Source of the DNA: the human T2T-CHM13v2.0 reference genome, Homo sapiens
DNA: 64,000 nt
Direction: 5' to 3' (one strand)
Assembly (NCBI RefSeq): GCF_009914755.1
Contig: NC_060940.1
Position numbers and translations under genes: made by a program. The number at the start of each line of letters is the position of its first letter. Positions within the stretch are counted from its first letter, which is position 1. The notes under the pieces were generated by a model. The model saw nothing but the letters and a program-made list of their open reading frames with translations, was not told the DNA's origin and ran no database searches. Positions 1-26,944 of this stretch are shown here, piece after piece.

Positions 1-1040
1 GCCCTTAATCCATTTAACCCTGAGTGGACACAGCACATGTTTCAGAGAGCACAGGGTTGGGGGCAAGGTCACAGATAAACAGGATAAGAATTTTTCTTAG
101 TACAGAGCAAAACGAAAAGTCTCCCATGTCTACCTCTCTCCACACAGACACGGCAACCATCCGATTTCTCAATCCTTTCCCCACCTTTCCCCCCTTTCTA
201 CTCCACAAAACCGCCATTGTCATCATGGCCCGTTCTCAATGAGCTGCTGGGCACACCTCCCAGACGGGGGGGCGACCGGGCAGAGGCGCCCCTCACCTCC
301 CGGGCGGGGCGGCTGGCCGGGTGGGGGGCTGACCCCCCCACCTCCCTCCTGGACGGGGCGGCTGGCCGGGCGGGGGGCTGACCCCCCCACCTCCCTCCCG
401 GACGGGGTGGCTGGCCGGGCGGGGGGCTGACCCCCCCACCTCCCTCCCGGACGGGGCAGCTGGCCGGGAGAGGGGCTCCTCACTTTCCAGACTGGGCAGC
501 CAGGCAGAGGGGCTCCTCACGTCCCAGACGATGGGCGGCCAGGCAGAGACGCTCCTCACTTCCCAGAAGGGGTGGCGGCTGGGCAGAGGCTGCAATCTCA
601 GCACTTTGGGAGGCCAAGGCAGGCGGCTGGGAGGTGGAGGTTGTAGCGAGCCGAGATCACGCCACTGCACTCCAGCCTGGGCACCATTGAGCACTGAGTG
701 AACCAGACTCCGTCTGCAACCCCGGCACCTCAGGAGGCCGAGGCTGGCGGATCACTCGCGGTTAGGAGCTGGAGACCAGCCCGGCCAACACAGCGAAACC
801 CCTTCTCCACCAAAAAAATACGAAAACCAGTCAGGCGTGGCGCCGCGCGCCTGCAATCGCAAGTACTCGGCAGGCCGAGGCAGGAGAATCAGGCAGGGAG
901 GTTGCAGTGAGCCGAGATGGCAGCAGTACAGTCCAGCTTCGGCTTGGCATCAGAGGGAGACCGTGGAAAGAGAGGGAGACCGTGGGGAGACGGAGAGGGA
1001 GAGGGAGAGGGAGAGGGAGAGGGAGAGGGAGAGGGAGAGG
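1..1040 (-). mobile_element. SVA retrotransposon (SVA_D-like): CCCTCT hexamer head, Alu-like domain, short VNTR and part of SINE-R; 3' end outside the window
   Basis: (GGGAGA)n at ~991-1040; Alu-like segment ~590-960; GC-rich VNTR ~255-590; SINE-R 1-250; L1 endonuclease site TTTTT/AA at 1054-1060. Confidence 0.95.
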
Positions 1041-1485
1041 TTCCAAACTCTGATTTTTAACAAATCAAGTAAAATCCATGTTTCCACGTTCTAGCTCCCC
1101 GCTGCCCCACAGCTGCTCCACTCCACGTGCCCTCTGTTTCAGTCATGCCAAAGGATGTGCTGGTCCCACAATCCACCACAGGTTTCTCAGCCTTCCTCTA
1201 CTAGGCAACTCCAACTTATGACCGGAGGGTGAGCACAGGCATCACCATCGCCTCCTCGGAAGCCTTCCCTGGTGACCCTCTTCTGCATCTTCCTGCCAGT
1301 TTGAGCCAGTTCACTCTCCCCAGGATCTTCCCTTTATCACAACACTCAGTAGCCACTGATGCACTGGTTGTCTACACACCTGTCTGCACCACAAGACACT
1401 GATTCCTTGAATGGAAAGCCAATTATTTCATCTTCCACATCTAAATTCAGTCCCTCAGTCCTTCAACAGTACAAAGGCAAATATT

Positions 1486-1785
1486 GGCCAAGCGTGGTGG
1501 CTCACGCCTGTAATCCCAGCACTTTGGGAGGCTGAGGCAGGCAAACTGCTTGTGTCCAGGTGTTCGAGACCAGCCTGGACAACATGGTGAAACCCCATCT
1601 CTCCTAAAAATACAAAAAATTAGGCATGGTGGCATGCTCCTGTAGTCCCAGCTACTCAGAAGGCTGAGGTGGGAGGGTAATCTGAGCCCGGGAGGTCAAG
1701 GCTGCTGTGAACCAAGATCGCGCCACTGCACTCCAGCCTGGGCAACTGGAGTAAGACCCTGTCTCAGAAAAAAAAAAAAAAAAAA
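1486..1785 (+). mobile_element. Alu (J/S)
   Basis: Dimeric Alu, poly(A) tail, aaaggcaa(a)ta TSD. Confidence 0.9.
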
Positions 1786-2364
1786 GGCAATACTTAAAGA
1801 ATAATACTGCAGGTTTCAAATGAAAGCCATTGTTTCAAAAATCTTGCAAAATACCTTCCTAATTATTCTGTTGTTACTATAAAGAATACAGGGCATATAA
1901 ACATATGGTATCTAGACTATACAAAGATAAATCAGTAAGAAATAAGAGGCTTACCCTCCATCTTAAAATATAATCACAGAAGTGCATACCTAAATGTGAA
2001 CTTCAATATGCACTAAAAGCGATTCAAACTTATTTGGGGCATTAATAGACAATTATTTAAATTAGTGATATTCTATAATGAGTTCATTTCCCCCCCTACA
2101 TAATATGCTACGATCATTTGTTTCTCTTCCCTCTAAATTATTACATAATATTAAAAAAAGACTGATGGGAAAAATCTCATTTTCAGTTTATTTTATATGA
2201 CAGTGTCTTTCTGTGTTCCTTTACATAGGAGGAGTAGCAGCTGCTCCTTGGCCTCTGATGCAATTTGAAAACAAGTTTCTGTGAAGTTCCCCACATCGCT
2301 CCACTTCACAAGCGGAAAGGATGAAAGGCATTCCTACTATTAATAGCTGGACTGCATAATGTAA

Positions 2365-2684
<320 letters not shown>

Positions 2685-3157
2685 TAACTATTTTAAGTCA
2701 TGTTTACTTTTTATAATCTTATCACCTGAAAGTACTCACTAACCTAGATGTTAGTGAGTACTAGATGAGATGTGGGTAAACCCCTGGTCTGAGGTGCTCA
2801 GGTCACCACTGCCATCAATTTTAAGTTACCTAACACTCCAGTGGTCTAGCATTTGCTAGTGTTTTTGCTAAACAAAATGAAGTAACATTCACTCTGGTAT
2901 TAAAGTGATGTTTGGGCTTCTTTCCAGGATATATAAATTACATCTTTTCTAAGAAAAGACAAGTTGTACAAATACTCAACAGTGGAAATATTATCAATAA
3001 ACATCACAAATCAAAAATGTTTAATAGATTCTTTTTCAGAATAGCAGATTTAAACCAAAAAGTTGATGGAAAATTCAGAGAAACTAATGCTATACATTTC
3101 ATGATTAGAAAAAACAATGCCATAAAATAATTACAGTCAGCAACAAAAACAGGGCTA

Positions 3158-3467
3158 CAGTTAGTTCCCCCTTATCTGTGATTTTGCTTTCCAAAGTTTG
3201 TTTCCTACAGTAGAGTATGATAAGATATTTTGAGAAAAACAGAGCACATACACATAGCTTTTATTAAGAATATTGTTATAAATGTTCTGTTTCATTGTCG
3301 GTTATTATTGTTAATCTCTTCCTGTGCCTAATTTATAAATTTAACTTTATCATAGGTATGTATGTATAGGAAAAACAGAGTACATACAGGCTTTCATACC
3401 ATCTCCAGCTTCAGGCATCTACTTGGAGTCTCGGAATGTATCCTCCATGGATAAGGAGGGACTACTG
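3158..3467 (+). mobile_element. MER44A-like (Tigger7) DNA transposon MITE
   Basis: TIRs cagttagttcccccttatc / ggataaggagggactactg with TA on both flanks. Confidence 0.75.
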
Positions 3468-4365
3468 TACTCTGCTAGCCATATTAAGAGTTTTAAAAGC
3501 AAGATGTTTCCCTTTGCTGTGTTCCTTTACTTATTTAAAAAATAAAAAAGCATATAATGCTTTTTTAGTCTTAAATTTAAAAATTGTATTACACATTATT
3601 CACTATGGAAAAATCAGAAAATAGAAGAAAACATAAGAACATAAAATCCATCTATAGTTCCATCGCCCTGAAAGATTTATTGGTAACATTTTTAGTTACA
3701 AAATAATATTATATTCTGGATTAGCCATTTATATAACAAAGTCCTCCAAATACATTTCACTTATATTTTAAATTTGCTAAAATCAGATTTCATTTTTTAA
3801 AACTGTGAGGTTGTAGGGAACAGGAATCATGTACGAGAAAACAATGTCAACATGTAAAGACTAGCACAGCTAATATTAATCAACTATTTCATTATATCTA
3901 CTGACAAAAACAACGACAAAACATTAAAAGCCTCAGAAATAAGGATCCTTATATTTAGTTTCTCAGTGGCCGAAGAGCAAACTGGCAGATTAATTTCACT
4001 GCTTTGCGTTTCCTATTATCACCAGAGTCCTAAAGTATTTCCAGAGAGTGAATTATGACTATGGCACTAAATAAGGCACAGTGGTACCTGCTTTCTAAAG
4101 TGTGCTGTGCGATCTTGATCCTGCAGATATATCGTACACTTAAATACTATATACACAATTGAAAGGTAAATCTCAAATATTAATCTGCAATTATCTTTGT
4201 TAATAAAGAGAGGGGTATTAAACAACTTTTTCCTTTTCTATGTAGTTTTAAATTTTTCTAATAAAAATAAGTGGTATGTGAAACGCTTGTGACATGATTA
4301 ATTAAAAAAGCAGATCCAAAAATGCATTTCAAGTCTCAGCCCAATTAGTATTAAAAATGTTAAAC

Positions 4366-5640
4366 ATAAGACTCAAAACTATAAAACTACTAGAAGAAAA
4401 CATTAGACAAATGCTAAAAGACATTGGTCCAGACAAAGATTTTACAGCTAAGACTTCGAAGCACAGGCAACAATAAAATAACAGAAAAATGAGACTATAT
4501 TAAACTGAAATGCTTCTGCACAGCAAAAGAAACAATCAACAGAATGAAAAACAACCCGATGAATGGGAGAAAATATTTGCAAACTATCCAAAAAGGGACT
4601 AATATTCAGAATATACAAGAACTCAGACAATTCAATGGCAAAGAACCCACATGATCCAATTAAAAAGTAGGCAAAGAAACAGAAAAGGCATTTCTCAAAA
4701 GAAGACATACAAATGGCAACAAACATAAGAAAATGTTCAACATCACTAAATCAACAGGGAAATGTGAATCAAAACAACAGTAAGATACCATCTCAACCCA
4801 GTCAGAATGACTACTATAAAAAAGACAAAAAAATAACACAGACTGGCGATGATGTAGAGAAATGGGAACTCTTACACACTGTTGGTGGGATGGAAAATTA
4901 GGATGGCTACTATGAAAGACAGCGTGGAAGTTCCTCAAAAAATTAGAAACAGAACTACCATACAATTCAGCAATCCCACTAGTGGAAATTTATCTGAAGG
5001 AAACAAAGTCAAAGGCATACGCTGCACCCCCATGTTTACTGCAGCACTATTCACAATAGCTAAGATAAGGAATCAACCTAAATGTTCATCAAAAGATGAG
5101 TGGATAAAGAAAATGTGGTATATATCACAATGTAATACCATTTAGCCAAAAAAAAGAATGAAATTCTGTCATTTATGGCAACACAGATGAGCCTAGAAGA
5201 CATTAGCTTAAGCAAAATACGGCAGGCATAGAAAGGCAAATGCATGTTCTGATTCGTATGTGGGAGCCGAAAAGCTTTGAGCTCAAGTAGAGAGTATAAT
5301 TGGGAGTATTAAAGGCGCGGAAGGGTAGAGGGAAGAGGAGGATAGAGAGACGCTGGTTAATGCCTACAAAATTACAGTGAGATAAGAGGAATGTGTTCTG
5401 ATGTTCTGGCAGCACTGGAAGGTGAATGTGGTAAATGTGGTTAAATAATAATTTATTATATATTTTCAAAAAGCTAGAAGAGAGAAGTTTGAATGTTCAC
5501 AACACAAAACTATAATACATCTTTGACATGATGGATATGCTAATGATTTGATCATTACATACTGTATACATATATTGAAATGTGACTCTGAATCCCATAA
5601 ATATGTACGTACAATGATCATGTGTCAACTGAAATTAAAG
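4366..5640 (+). mobile_element. L1MA-type LINE-1 3' fragment (end of ORF2 plus 3'UTR), decayed
   Basis: ORF2 C-terminal remnant CTPMFTAALFTIAKIRNQPKCSSKDEWIKKMWYI (ORF 4882-5145). Confidence 0.88.
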
Positions 5641-5714
5641 GGGAAATAATATGAAAATACTTATCTAGGCAGAGTAAAGAAACAGGAAATACCAAAATTT
5701 TACTTCATTACTAG

Positions 5715-6067
<353 letters not shown>

Positions 6068-6254
6068 TTTTTTTCACATTTTCAATGAGATTGATGTACT
6101 TCAAATTTTTGAAGGGGGTGAGAGAGCACAATGAAAGCAATTTTTCACAAATGACATTGCAATTAAATTAGAGAGATTTATTCAATACTCTGAAATCGCA
6201 TCATAAAGCAAACATTCTTAGGTCCAGCTAACATAGGCCCTAAAACCGAAGTCG

Positions 6255-6760
6255 CCAATCTGTACTGATCTATGTTCCCTGGCATGTTAGGAACCAGGCT
6301 GCACAGCAGGAGATGAGCAGCAGGTGAGCTAGCAAAGCTTCATCTGTTTTTACAGCCACTCCCCATCGCTCGCATTACCACCTAAGCTCCACGTCCTGTC
6401 AGATCAGTGGCAGCATTAGATTCCCGTAAGAACATGAGCCCTATTGTAAATTGCACATATGAGGAATCTAGGTTGTGCACTCCCAGAATCTAATGTCTGA
6501 TGATCTGTCACTGTCTCCCATCACCCCCAGATGGGACTGTCTAGTTGCAGGAAAACAAGGTCAGGGCTCCCAATGATTCTACATTATGGTGAGTTGTATA
6601 ATTATTTCATTATTACAATGTAATAATAACCAAAATAAAACACACAATAAATGTAATGTGCTTGAATCATCCCAAAACCATTCCCTACCCCTGCTCCCAC
6701 CTAGCTCTGTGGAAAAACTGTCTTTCACAAAACCAGTCCCTGGTGCCAAAGACTGCTGCC
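6255..6760 (+). mobile_element. MER1A-like (hAT-Charlie) DNA transposon
   Basis: gttaggaaccaggctgcacagcaggag ... cagtccctggtgccaaa resembles the remembered MER1 consensus. Confidence 0.75.
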
Positions 6761-7328
6761 CTAAAACATAAAAATCAAGTGCCAGTAATATGGATAAGAA
6801 ACAATGTAACAGAATATGAAACTTCGGTCTCCAGAGCACAAGTGCTCCCCTTCTCCTGGCTGCATTCTAACTGCCACAGGACACAACAGCCGCTTTAATG
6901 CTGTATCAAGGACTTGGGAATCCTTCTCTGGCACTCAGAAAGCTTTTTGCTCTATTCTCATACCAGTTAATGCCCTAAAGAATGCTAATTAGGGAGAGTC
7001 CAAGTTATTGTCACGCTCTTAAATCTGTCTGATGAACATTTCGTAGCAGAGATACATAAGACGGCTAATTCTCCAAATTGAACACATTAGGGATATCAGA
7101 AAACAATAAGATTCTCAGTCAGTATTATTAAACATTTCCATGGTGCTTTTGATGACTTAAGTGATTTAGAGAAAAACAAGTCAGTTGCTTTTACAAGTTT
7201 TCTAATCAGAAGGTATCCATCCATACAAAACATACATTCACATGTCTTACTAATAATGATTCTCCTATAGCAGACTGAGGTATTTTATAAGCCACTGTTG
7301 TAAAAATCTTGCCTGTTAAAAAGAAATA

Positions 7329-7660
7329 CTGTCAGCCCTCCATATCTGTGGGTTTCCCATCTGTGGATTTAACCGACTCAGACGGAAAATATTTGGGGGA
7401 AAAAATTGCGTCTGTACTGAACACACAGACTTTTTTCTTGTCATTTTTCCTAAACAATATACAATATAACAACTACTTACATAACATTTGCATTGTTAGG
7501 CATGTAAGTAATCTAGTGATGTTTTTAAGTATACAGGAGGATATGTACAGGTTATATGCAAAAATTATAGCATTTTATATCAAGGCCTTGAACATGCCTG
7601 GATTTTGAAGTCTGCATGGAGTCCTGGAACCAATCCCCCATGGATACCAAGGGACAACTG
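7329..7660 (-). mobile_element. MER2-like (Tigger) DNA transposon
   Basis: Ends gtcctggaaccaatcccccatggataccaagggacaactg, the reverse complement of the MER2 start. Confidence 0.75.
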
Positions 7661-8192
7661 AACATGCTTTCCAGGATCCTGTACTTACAGCATAAAAATC
7701 ATATATCCTCCTCCAAAATAAGCTTAACAGAAATCTTATTTTTAAAAGTCATGCCATAGTTTGACTCATTTATCTATTGCCACATTTAGAATTCAAGATC
7801 ACTACTGTAAACGAATTCTACATACAGTTTAAGATTAGGAAAATTAACATTCATGTGAAAAATATTCATTTTTTGGTTTTTATTGAATATTTTGTGCATT
7901 TCCTCTGTGACAAGAATAAATAAACAGTAACACACTGGCCAACTACAAAAGGCACCAAAGGTAGAAGCAAAGACACTACTATGTCTGGACAGCGTATCAA
8001 ATATATATCAATATATTGTATTTCAGATATAATACATATATATATCTGAAAGGAAATGAACTTGAGTCACTTTTAATCAGTTAAAGGCATGCTTTTTGAT
8101 GCATTTACATTAGATTTTCTGAAAATGTTATTAAAGTAGTTTAAGCATGGTATGTGATATGGAAGGAAGGTCTGGATCACAAAATAGGTGCC

Positions 8193-10027
<1,835 letters not shown>

Positions 10028-10029
10028 GT

Positions 10030-13705
<3,676 letters not shown>

Positions 13706-14359
13706 GCACAGGTAAAGTTCAAAGTTATAAGCAGCCTTTTAGCAAATTCAGGGCTGAACAATCATCCTGAAAGAGTTGTCTCTACAATTCTAATATTTAT
13801 CTGTTCAGCATAATCAAAAGCTGTGCTTTTTAAAAACACAATTTAACATAAGCACACTCAATAATTTAGACTGAGGCAAAGCCAAGTGTCTTCCCTCATC
13901 CCAAAAATCATCCTGAAAAAGCTTCTAAGGCAGGGTATCAGGAATTCATACAACTATCTGAATTTGGGCTTTTATTTTATTTATAATTACTGGGTAACTT
14001 TTTATGACCCAAAATAACTGTTGAGTTCCTGCCTCTTCTAAAGTGTCTTTATCAATTTCTGCTTTTAAAAAGTTTCTTACAGTATCTACTGTGTGTGTTC
14101 CAATCTCCAGCTTTCAAAATATGTGAAAAAGCTCTTTTTCTAAAGCCATTTCTATAAAAATTATATTCAGAGACACAATGTCCTACGATGCATTTAAAGA
14201 CACTCAAAACAATGTCTAAATATTGAGAGTATGGCTAGAAAGTTCTACTACATTTGAAATATTGTTGAGCTCTTCCCCATTTAATAAAACTACATTAGAA
14301 ATATAAAAATCCAAAATATAAACAAGCTATTCAGATTTGCCCATTAAAGATGAATTCCT

Positions 14360-16500
<2,141 letters not shown>

Positions 16501-17319
16501 AAGAGGGGAGGGAAGAAGAGGGGAAGGGAGAGGGGGGAAGGTGGGGAGGGGAGGGGAAGGAAACATTGGAGAAACTGATGTTGAAGCTGAGATAAGGCAG
16601 GAAGGAGGGCATAGTCAGGTTCTGGTGGGAGGTGATGACTGCATAAAAGATGGCTTCTTCTGGCAAAGGAAATGTTGTCAGAGGCACAGCATGCTCAAAT
16701 TGCCAAGTATTTTGTTAAGAGTTGTCTTTTGCATAAGAAAAGAGACTATACCGGAAAATTAAACTTTACTAGCAAAGCTGCATATATCAAGAGAACAGTG
16801 ATCTACTTAACCTAGGAGGAAAAAAGGTAAAATATCACAATTTCATCTTGGCCTATTCCCCATATTCCCTATTCAAACACACATTTATTTCCTCATGCTG
16901 CAGTGTGTGTCAGGTATGAGAGAGGACTCAGGGCCAAACAAGAGGGACCCAACACTGCCCTCAGGAAACCAATGCAATGAGCAATCAGACAATAGAGTGC
17001 TTCTATGGCTACACATGATTCTGAAATGTAGCTCCCTGATTAGAGTTACCACGGAATAAAATACTTAGCTTAAAAGCTACTGTTTTAAGAATTGTCCAGT
17101 AGTAAAGAAGAGAGCAACTGTTATTTGACATCAGATATGGTGGTATAACAGGAATTTTAAAAGAAACTTTGACATCCCATACACACAAGCAAGGAATCAT
17201 GCTTGTATTTTCAAATAAATGCTACTAACTCATGTTTTACAGATTTCAAAGCACTCTTACACACTGTTCACAGCAAGGGAGGCCAAGCAGCTATTTTAAT
17301 AATTACCTACCACGGGTCA

Positions 17320-18100
17320 AGCACTGATTGTGTAGTATGGGGCTCTTTGCTGGCAACTTAATATCCATGATCTCATTTCATCCTCACAACAATCATGCCA
17401 AGTAACTATTATCTCCCTCTTAAACAAACACGGAACCTGTGGCTCGGAAGGTTTACATAACCTGCCCAAAGACACATGGCTGACAAGTGGTGGAGCCAAA
17501 GTTAGTCCCCGTGTCAGTCTGTGAAAACTCCTTTTATCGGGCTGCACAGCTTCAATGTCACCGAGTGTGGCTAGCAAAGGAGCTGAAGAGTGTACAGTGA
17601 GCAGAGGAAGCTGAATTAGACTGCAGGTCAGGACTTTGAACTCAGTCTTCTTGCAGCCACACTGAAGCCTCACTGTAACTGTAACCTCAAGGTCCCCACC
17701 CCCACCTAAAGTTATCTTGAGCTTTCTAATAATTCAATCCCTCTGGATTCTCTCTAAACCATCTTTCTAAGGATAGTGGGGAAATGGATCACAGAAAAAA
17801 TCTCTATGCAAAAATTAAAATATTTAACAAGCAACATCAATCACACCCTGCATCCACCACTATCCCTGGTGTCTGATGCTCCTGAGTACATTCCACCCTG
17901 AAATCTGCTATTAAAGAACCACAGTAAAAGCTCAAAGCCATGCCAAGGTTCATTTACTTAATCTCATGGAATCCTTACAATAACACTAAAGTCCATACTA
18001 TTATGCGCAGTTTACAGAGATAAGCAGAAGTTCATCAAGGTTAAATAAGGCACCCAAAGTCACACAACTGTTAAGTGATGCTGCAGTATGATTCCAAAAG
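17320..18100 (-). mobile_element. Two MIR fragments (~17320-17520 and ~17940-18100)
   Basis: catttcatcctcacaacaa...aacctgcccaaagacacatggctgacaagtggtggagcc; gtcacacaactgttaagtg. Confidence 0.6.
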
Positions 18101-18507
18101 CCTAAGCTTTTCCCCTCTACAGCATGGCCTGGATTCCTGCAACAGTCAGATAATGAAAGAAAAATGCCAAAATACTGTGATCTGAATTTGTATATTTGCA
18201 GAAATTTTCATATATAATTACTCACCAGTTCTACTATCAGAATTATAGTTTTACTGTGCGGCATTTTGTTAAAGTAAAAAACAAACACATCACTTAAAAA
18301 TTTCACATCTTTTACATTATCAAAGCAACATGGTGCTTGAAATTTACTTGAATATACAGCTTAACAATACATATTTTCACCAATATTTTATTCAAAAACT
18401 TCCCATCTTAAGAAAACAAAACGTTTAATTGATGGTTAATATCAAAATATCAAAATTATTTAGGATCCTACAAGAGACGGGGTGCTCCATCTTTTTAGAA
18501 TCCCCTC

Positions 18508-19145
<638 letters not shown>

Positions 19146-19559
19146 GTATTTGATACAAGTTTAATGGAGTGAATAAATCTCAAATATGTATCAACAAATG
19201 GGGGAAAGTACAGAGATGAACAGGTCAATGTAAGTATTAATTTATTACAGGTACTTCTCATTCTCAAAGTAAATCTGCAACTCACTTCAGAAAAAGTGCA
19301 ATGAGAAAGGAACAGAATGGAGGTAAATGAAAAAATATACTATGTAGCATACCTAATGAATCAAAAGAGATTTGTCTTATTTTCTCATCTATACATGATA
19401 CTTACTAATTATTTCATTTATTTCAGAGACAATCTCAAAAACAAACGAGGCAGCAATGAGTGTAAGCTGACTGAGCCCATAGCTTTTAAATTAAGGGGGC
19501 AGTGGGAGGGCAACCTCTCACTGTATTTAATACACAAAACAGAAATCCAAAACACTTAC

Positions 19560-19634
19560 CAATCTTTACTTGCTCGGGCTGGCTAAGGGAAACAAATGCT
19601 GATGTGTCATCAATCCAGGATATCTGAATGTTAC
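19560..19634 (-). CDS. PARN: PARN exon 21, 75 nt, (G)[24 protein letters not shown](A); RRM with cap-stacking W475
   Basis: ttgcag|GTA...TTG|gtaagt; in frame; the next exon lies beyond the window start. Confidence 0.97.
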
Positions 19635-20017
19635 CTGCAATCGCAAATTAAAAGTAAAGTGAACATTTGACCATGTGGAGAGCTATTAGATTTAATGCGC
19701 GTATCTTACATATTTCAGTATAGTCTATCTTTAAAGAGAGAGAAGGTGCTTATTTAAAATGTGATCAAAATCTCAGCCCTACAGAGAGTTAGCCTGTTCA
19801 AAGGCTACCACAGCAGTTATTTACGTTAAAACTTCAAGAGAAGAGACAAACCAGGGGGAAAAGACGCTATTAGAAATTTAACACAATAGAAAGATCCTTC
19901 CAGATTAAACCCTGGGGCTTGTCATCATTCAGTGCAATACTAGGATTAGGGACTTATTTTCCTATCAAGACCACTAACAAAAATCAGAGACCACATAGGT
20001 TCAAAAACACAACTATT

Positions 20018-22280
<2,263 letters not shown>

Positions 22281-23190
22281 GTGCAAATTATTTAGAAGAA
22301 AAAAAAAACGCTGCTCTGTTCATGAAGTTTCACTTCACTAAACATTTAACTTTCCCATTTTAATATACTTAGTTAAAAAAAAAAGCACTGTCCAAATTAA
22401 ATGGACTAATTGTTAAGTAAGGCAATCCCGAGTCATAATCTTGCTTTCTAATCCCAAACCTAGAACTTATCTGTGCAGCTCTAAGCAAGAGATCTAACCA
22501 CTCTAACCACTCTGGACTATAAACTGGGAATGGCAATATTTAGCATACAGAATTCTTGTGAGAATGACAGACCAAAATATCAGTCTAATGTGGAGGGCAA
22601 CACAACAGTATGTCCTCAAACTATCATTGCAACAATTATTGTCACCAAGTATAGTTCACCCACTTCCACCTGCCAGTGACATGCATTAAGGTAAAAAAGA
22701 GCAGTGAAATAGCAGAAAAAAAGCAGAGGAGAAGAAAAAGCAACCACCTCCCATAGACCTTCCACGTTTTTTAAATAAAACAAAACAAAACAAAACAGAA
22801 ATCAACCTACTAAATTCAAATATACACATACTCAAGTAACTGGAAAACAGAAATTTTACCAAGATAACTGACAGCTAGCATATCTTAAAAATCTATTATA
22901 AATACTTATAGAAAATGATGAAATCAGAATTCTGAGTGAAAATGAAATATATAGAGAAGATACATGCTTCTAAAATTCATTTCATGCATAAACTGGAAAA
23001 CATAAATGAAGAAATGACTAATGAATGCCCAAGAGTCCCATTAACTTAAGCATACTATTCATATCAACCACAAAATCACAGCCCAATTTTGAGTGAAAAA
23101 AGCTTTTTCTTTAGTAATATTTTCCTGTTATCCCTTCCAGACCACACACTTAAATGCACAGATGCAATAAGAAAATAAAAATTTACTTAC

Positions 23191-23246
23191 AGTCTGGTCC
23201 TTCCAAGTTTAGATAGGGGATATCCATGACCCTCATAAGAAATAAC
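23191..23246 (-). CDS. PARN: PARN exon 19, 56 nt, (K)LFLMRVMDIPYLNLEGPD(L)
   Basis: Lies inside ORF 23183-23383; tgtag|GTT...ACT|gtaagt. Confidence 0.97.
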
Positions 23247-23404
23247 CTACAAGAAGAAAAGACAAACAAGTAATGGGCAATTTCCTTTAAAAGACAGGCA
23301 TTTTGCATTTTTAAGGTTGAATTAGAAAAAAAAAATTTTAATAGGCATTTATTATATCTTTTGTAGAAGATCCTTGATATCACTCTATTTGTAAAATTAT
23401 TTCT

Positions 23405-26099
<2,695 letters not shown>

Positions 26100-26944
26100 T
26101 CAACAAAATGTTCACTGCTATACCATCAAATATGCCAATAATCAAAATCAACCTCAAGATTTGATAATACATGGAGGTCAGTAAATTATAGTTCAAAATT
26201 TCAATATAATATTAAGCAACCAAAATAACTACGAAAATGTCAAAACATGGATAACTTATAATTCTAAGTTTTAAAAAGGCACAAAATTTTATACTATGAT
26301 TTTACCTTTATAAAATATTTATATCATTAAGCCAAGAATAAAAAATACCCTCCCCTCTCCCACCAACAGCTTTGGGAAACTTTGAGCTTTGTTTCTCAAA
26401 ATTCCTTTTACGATCATTTTTTAAACTTTAAAGGCTACCAGAACTGAGAAGCCCAGGGAAAATAACTAGAGACTTTCTTAGAAAAAGCCAACCGAAAATG
26501 CCATCTGAATTAATCTTTCGTATACTGTGCACTACCTCACCTGGCTGGGAGGGAGAAAAATATAAATATAAAAATATAAATATAAAACCACAAACTCGAA
26601 TTTGCAATTCTTGTATTTCTGTTTACAATTCTGTTATATTGCTAAAGTCATGGGACCTCAACAACAAATTTAGGAAACTCAGTGTTGTAAAAATACCAGG
26701 AAGGATTATACTAACAAAGAAAAAGAAGGCTCTCCCAATTTCTCTTACCATTTAGATGTTGTTGTTTTTTTTTTATTTCTTTATTTTATTTTTTTCCATT
26801 TAGATGTTTTGAAAAAATTTTTTTGAAAAATATTTTTTGTCAATATATAAGCTATGTGTTCTCTAATATTTCATCTGAATTTTCAATATTATCTCTGATT
26901 AAAGTAAGCAAAAATTTATTCTCAGCTAAAACACTCAAAAGATT

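Noticed and set aside
14-1094. Several Pro/Gly/Arg-rich ORFs and an (ER)n / (LP)n ORF
   Set aside because: Translations of the SVA VNTR and hexamer repeats
18220-18255. Consensus donor CTG|gtgagt in intron 21 (and similarly CTG|gtaagt near 55289)
   Set aside because: No convincing upstream acceptor at exon-like distance; isolated donors are common
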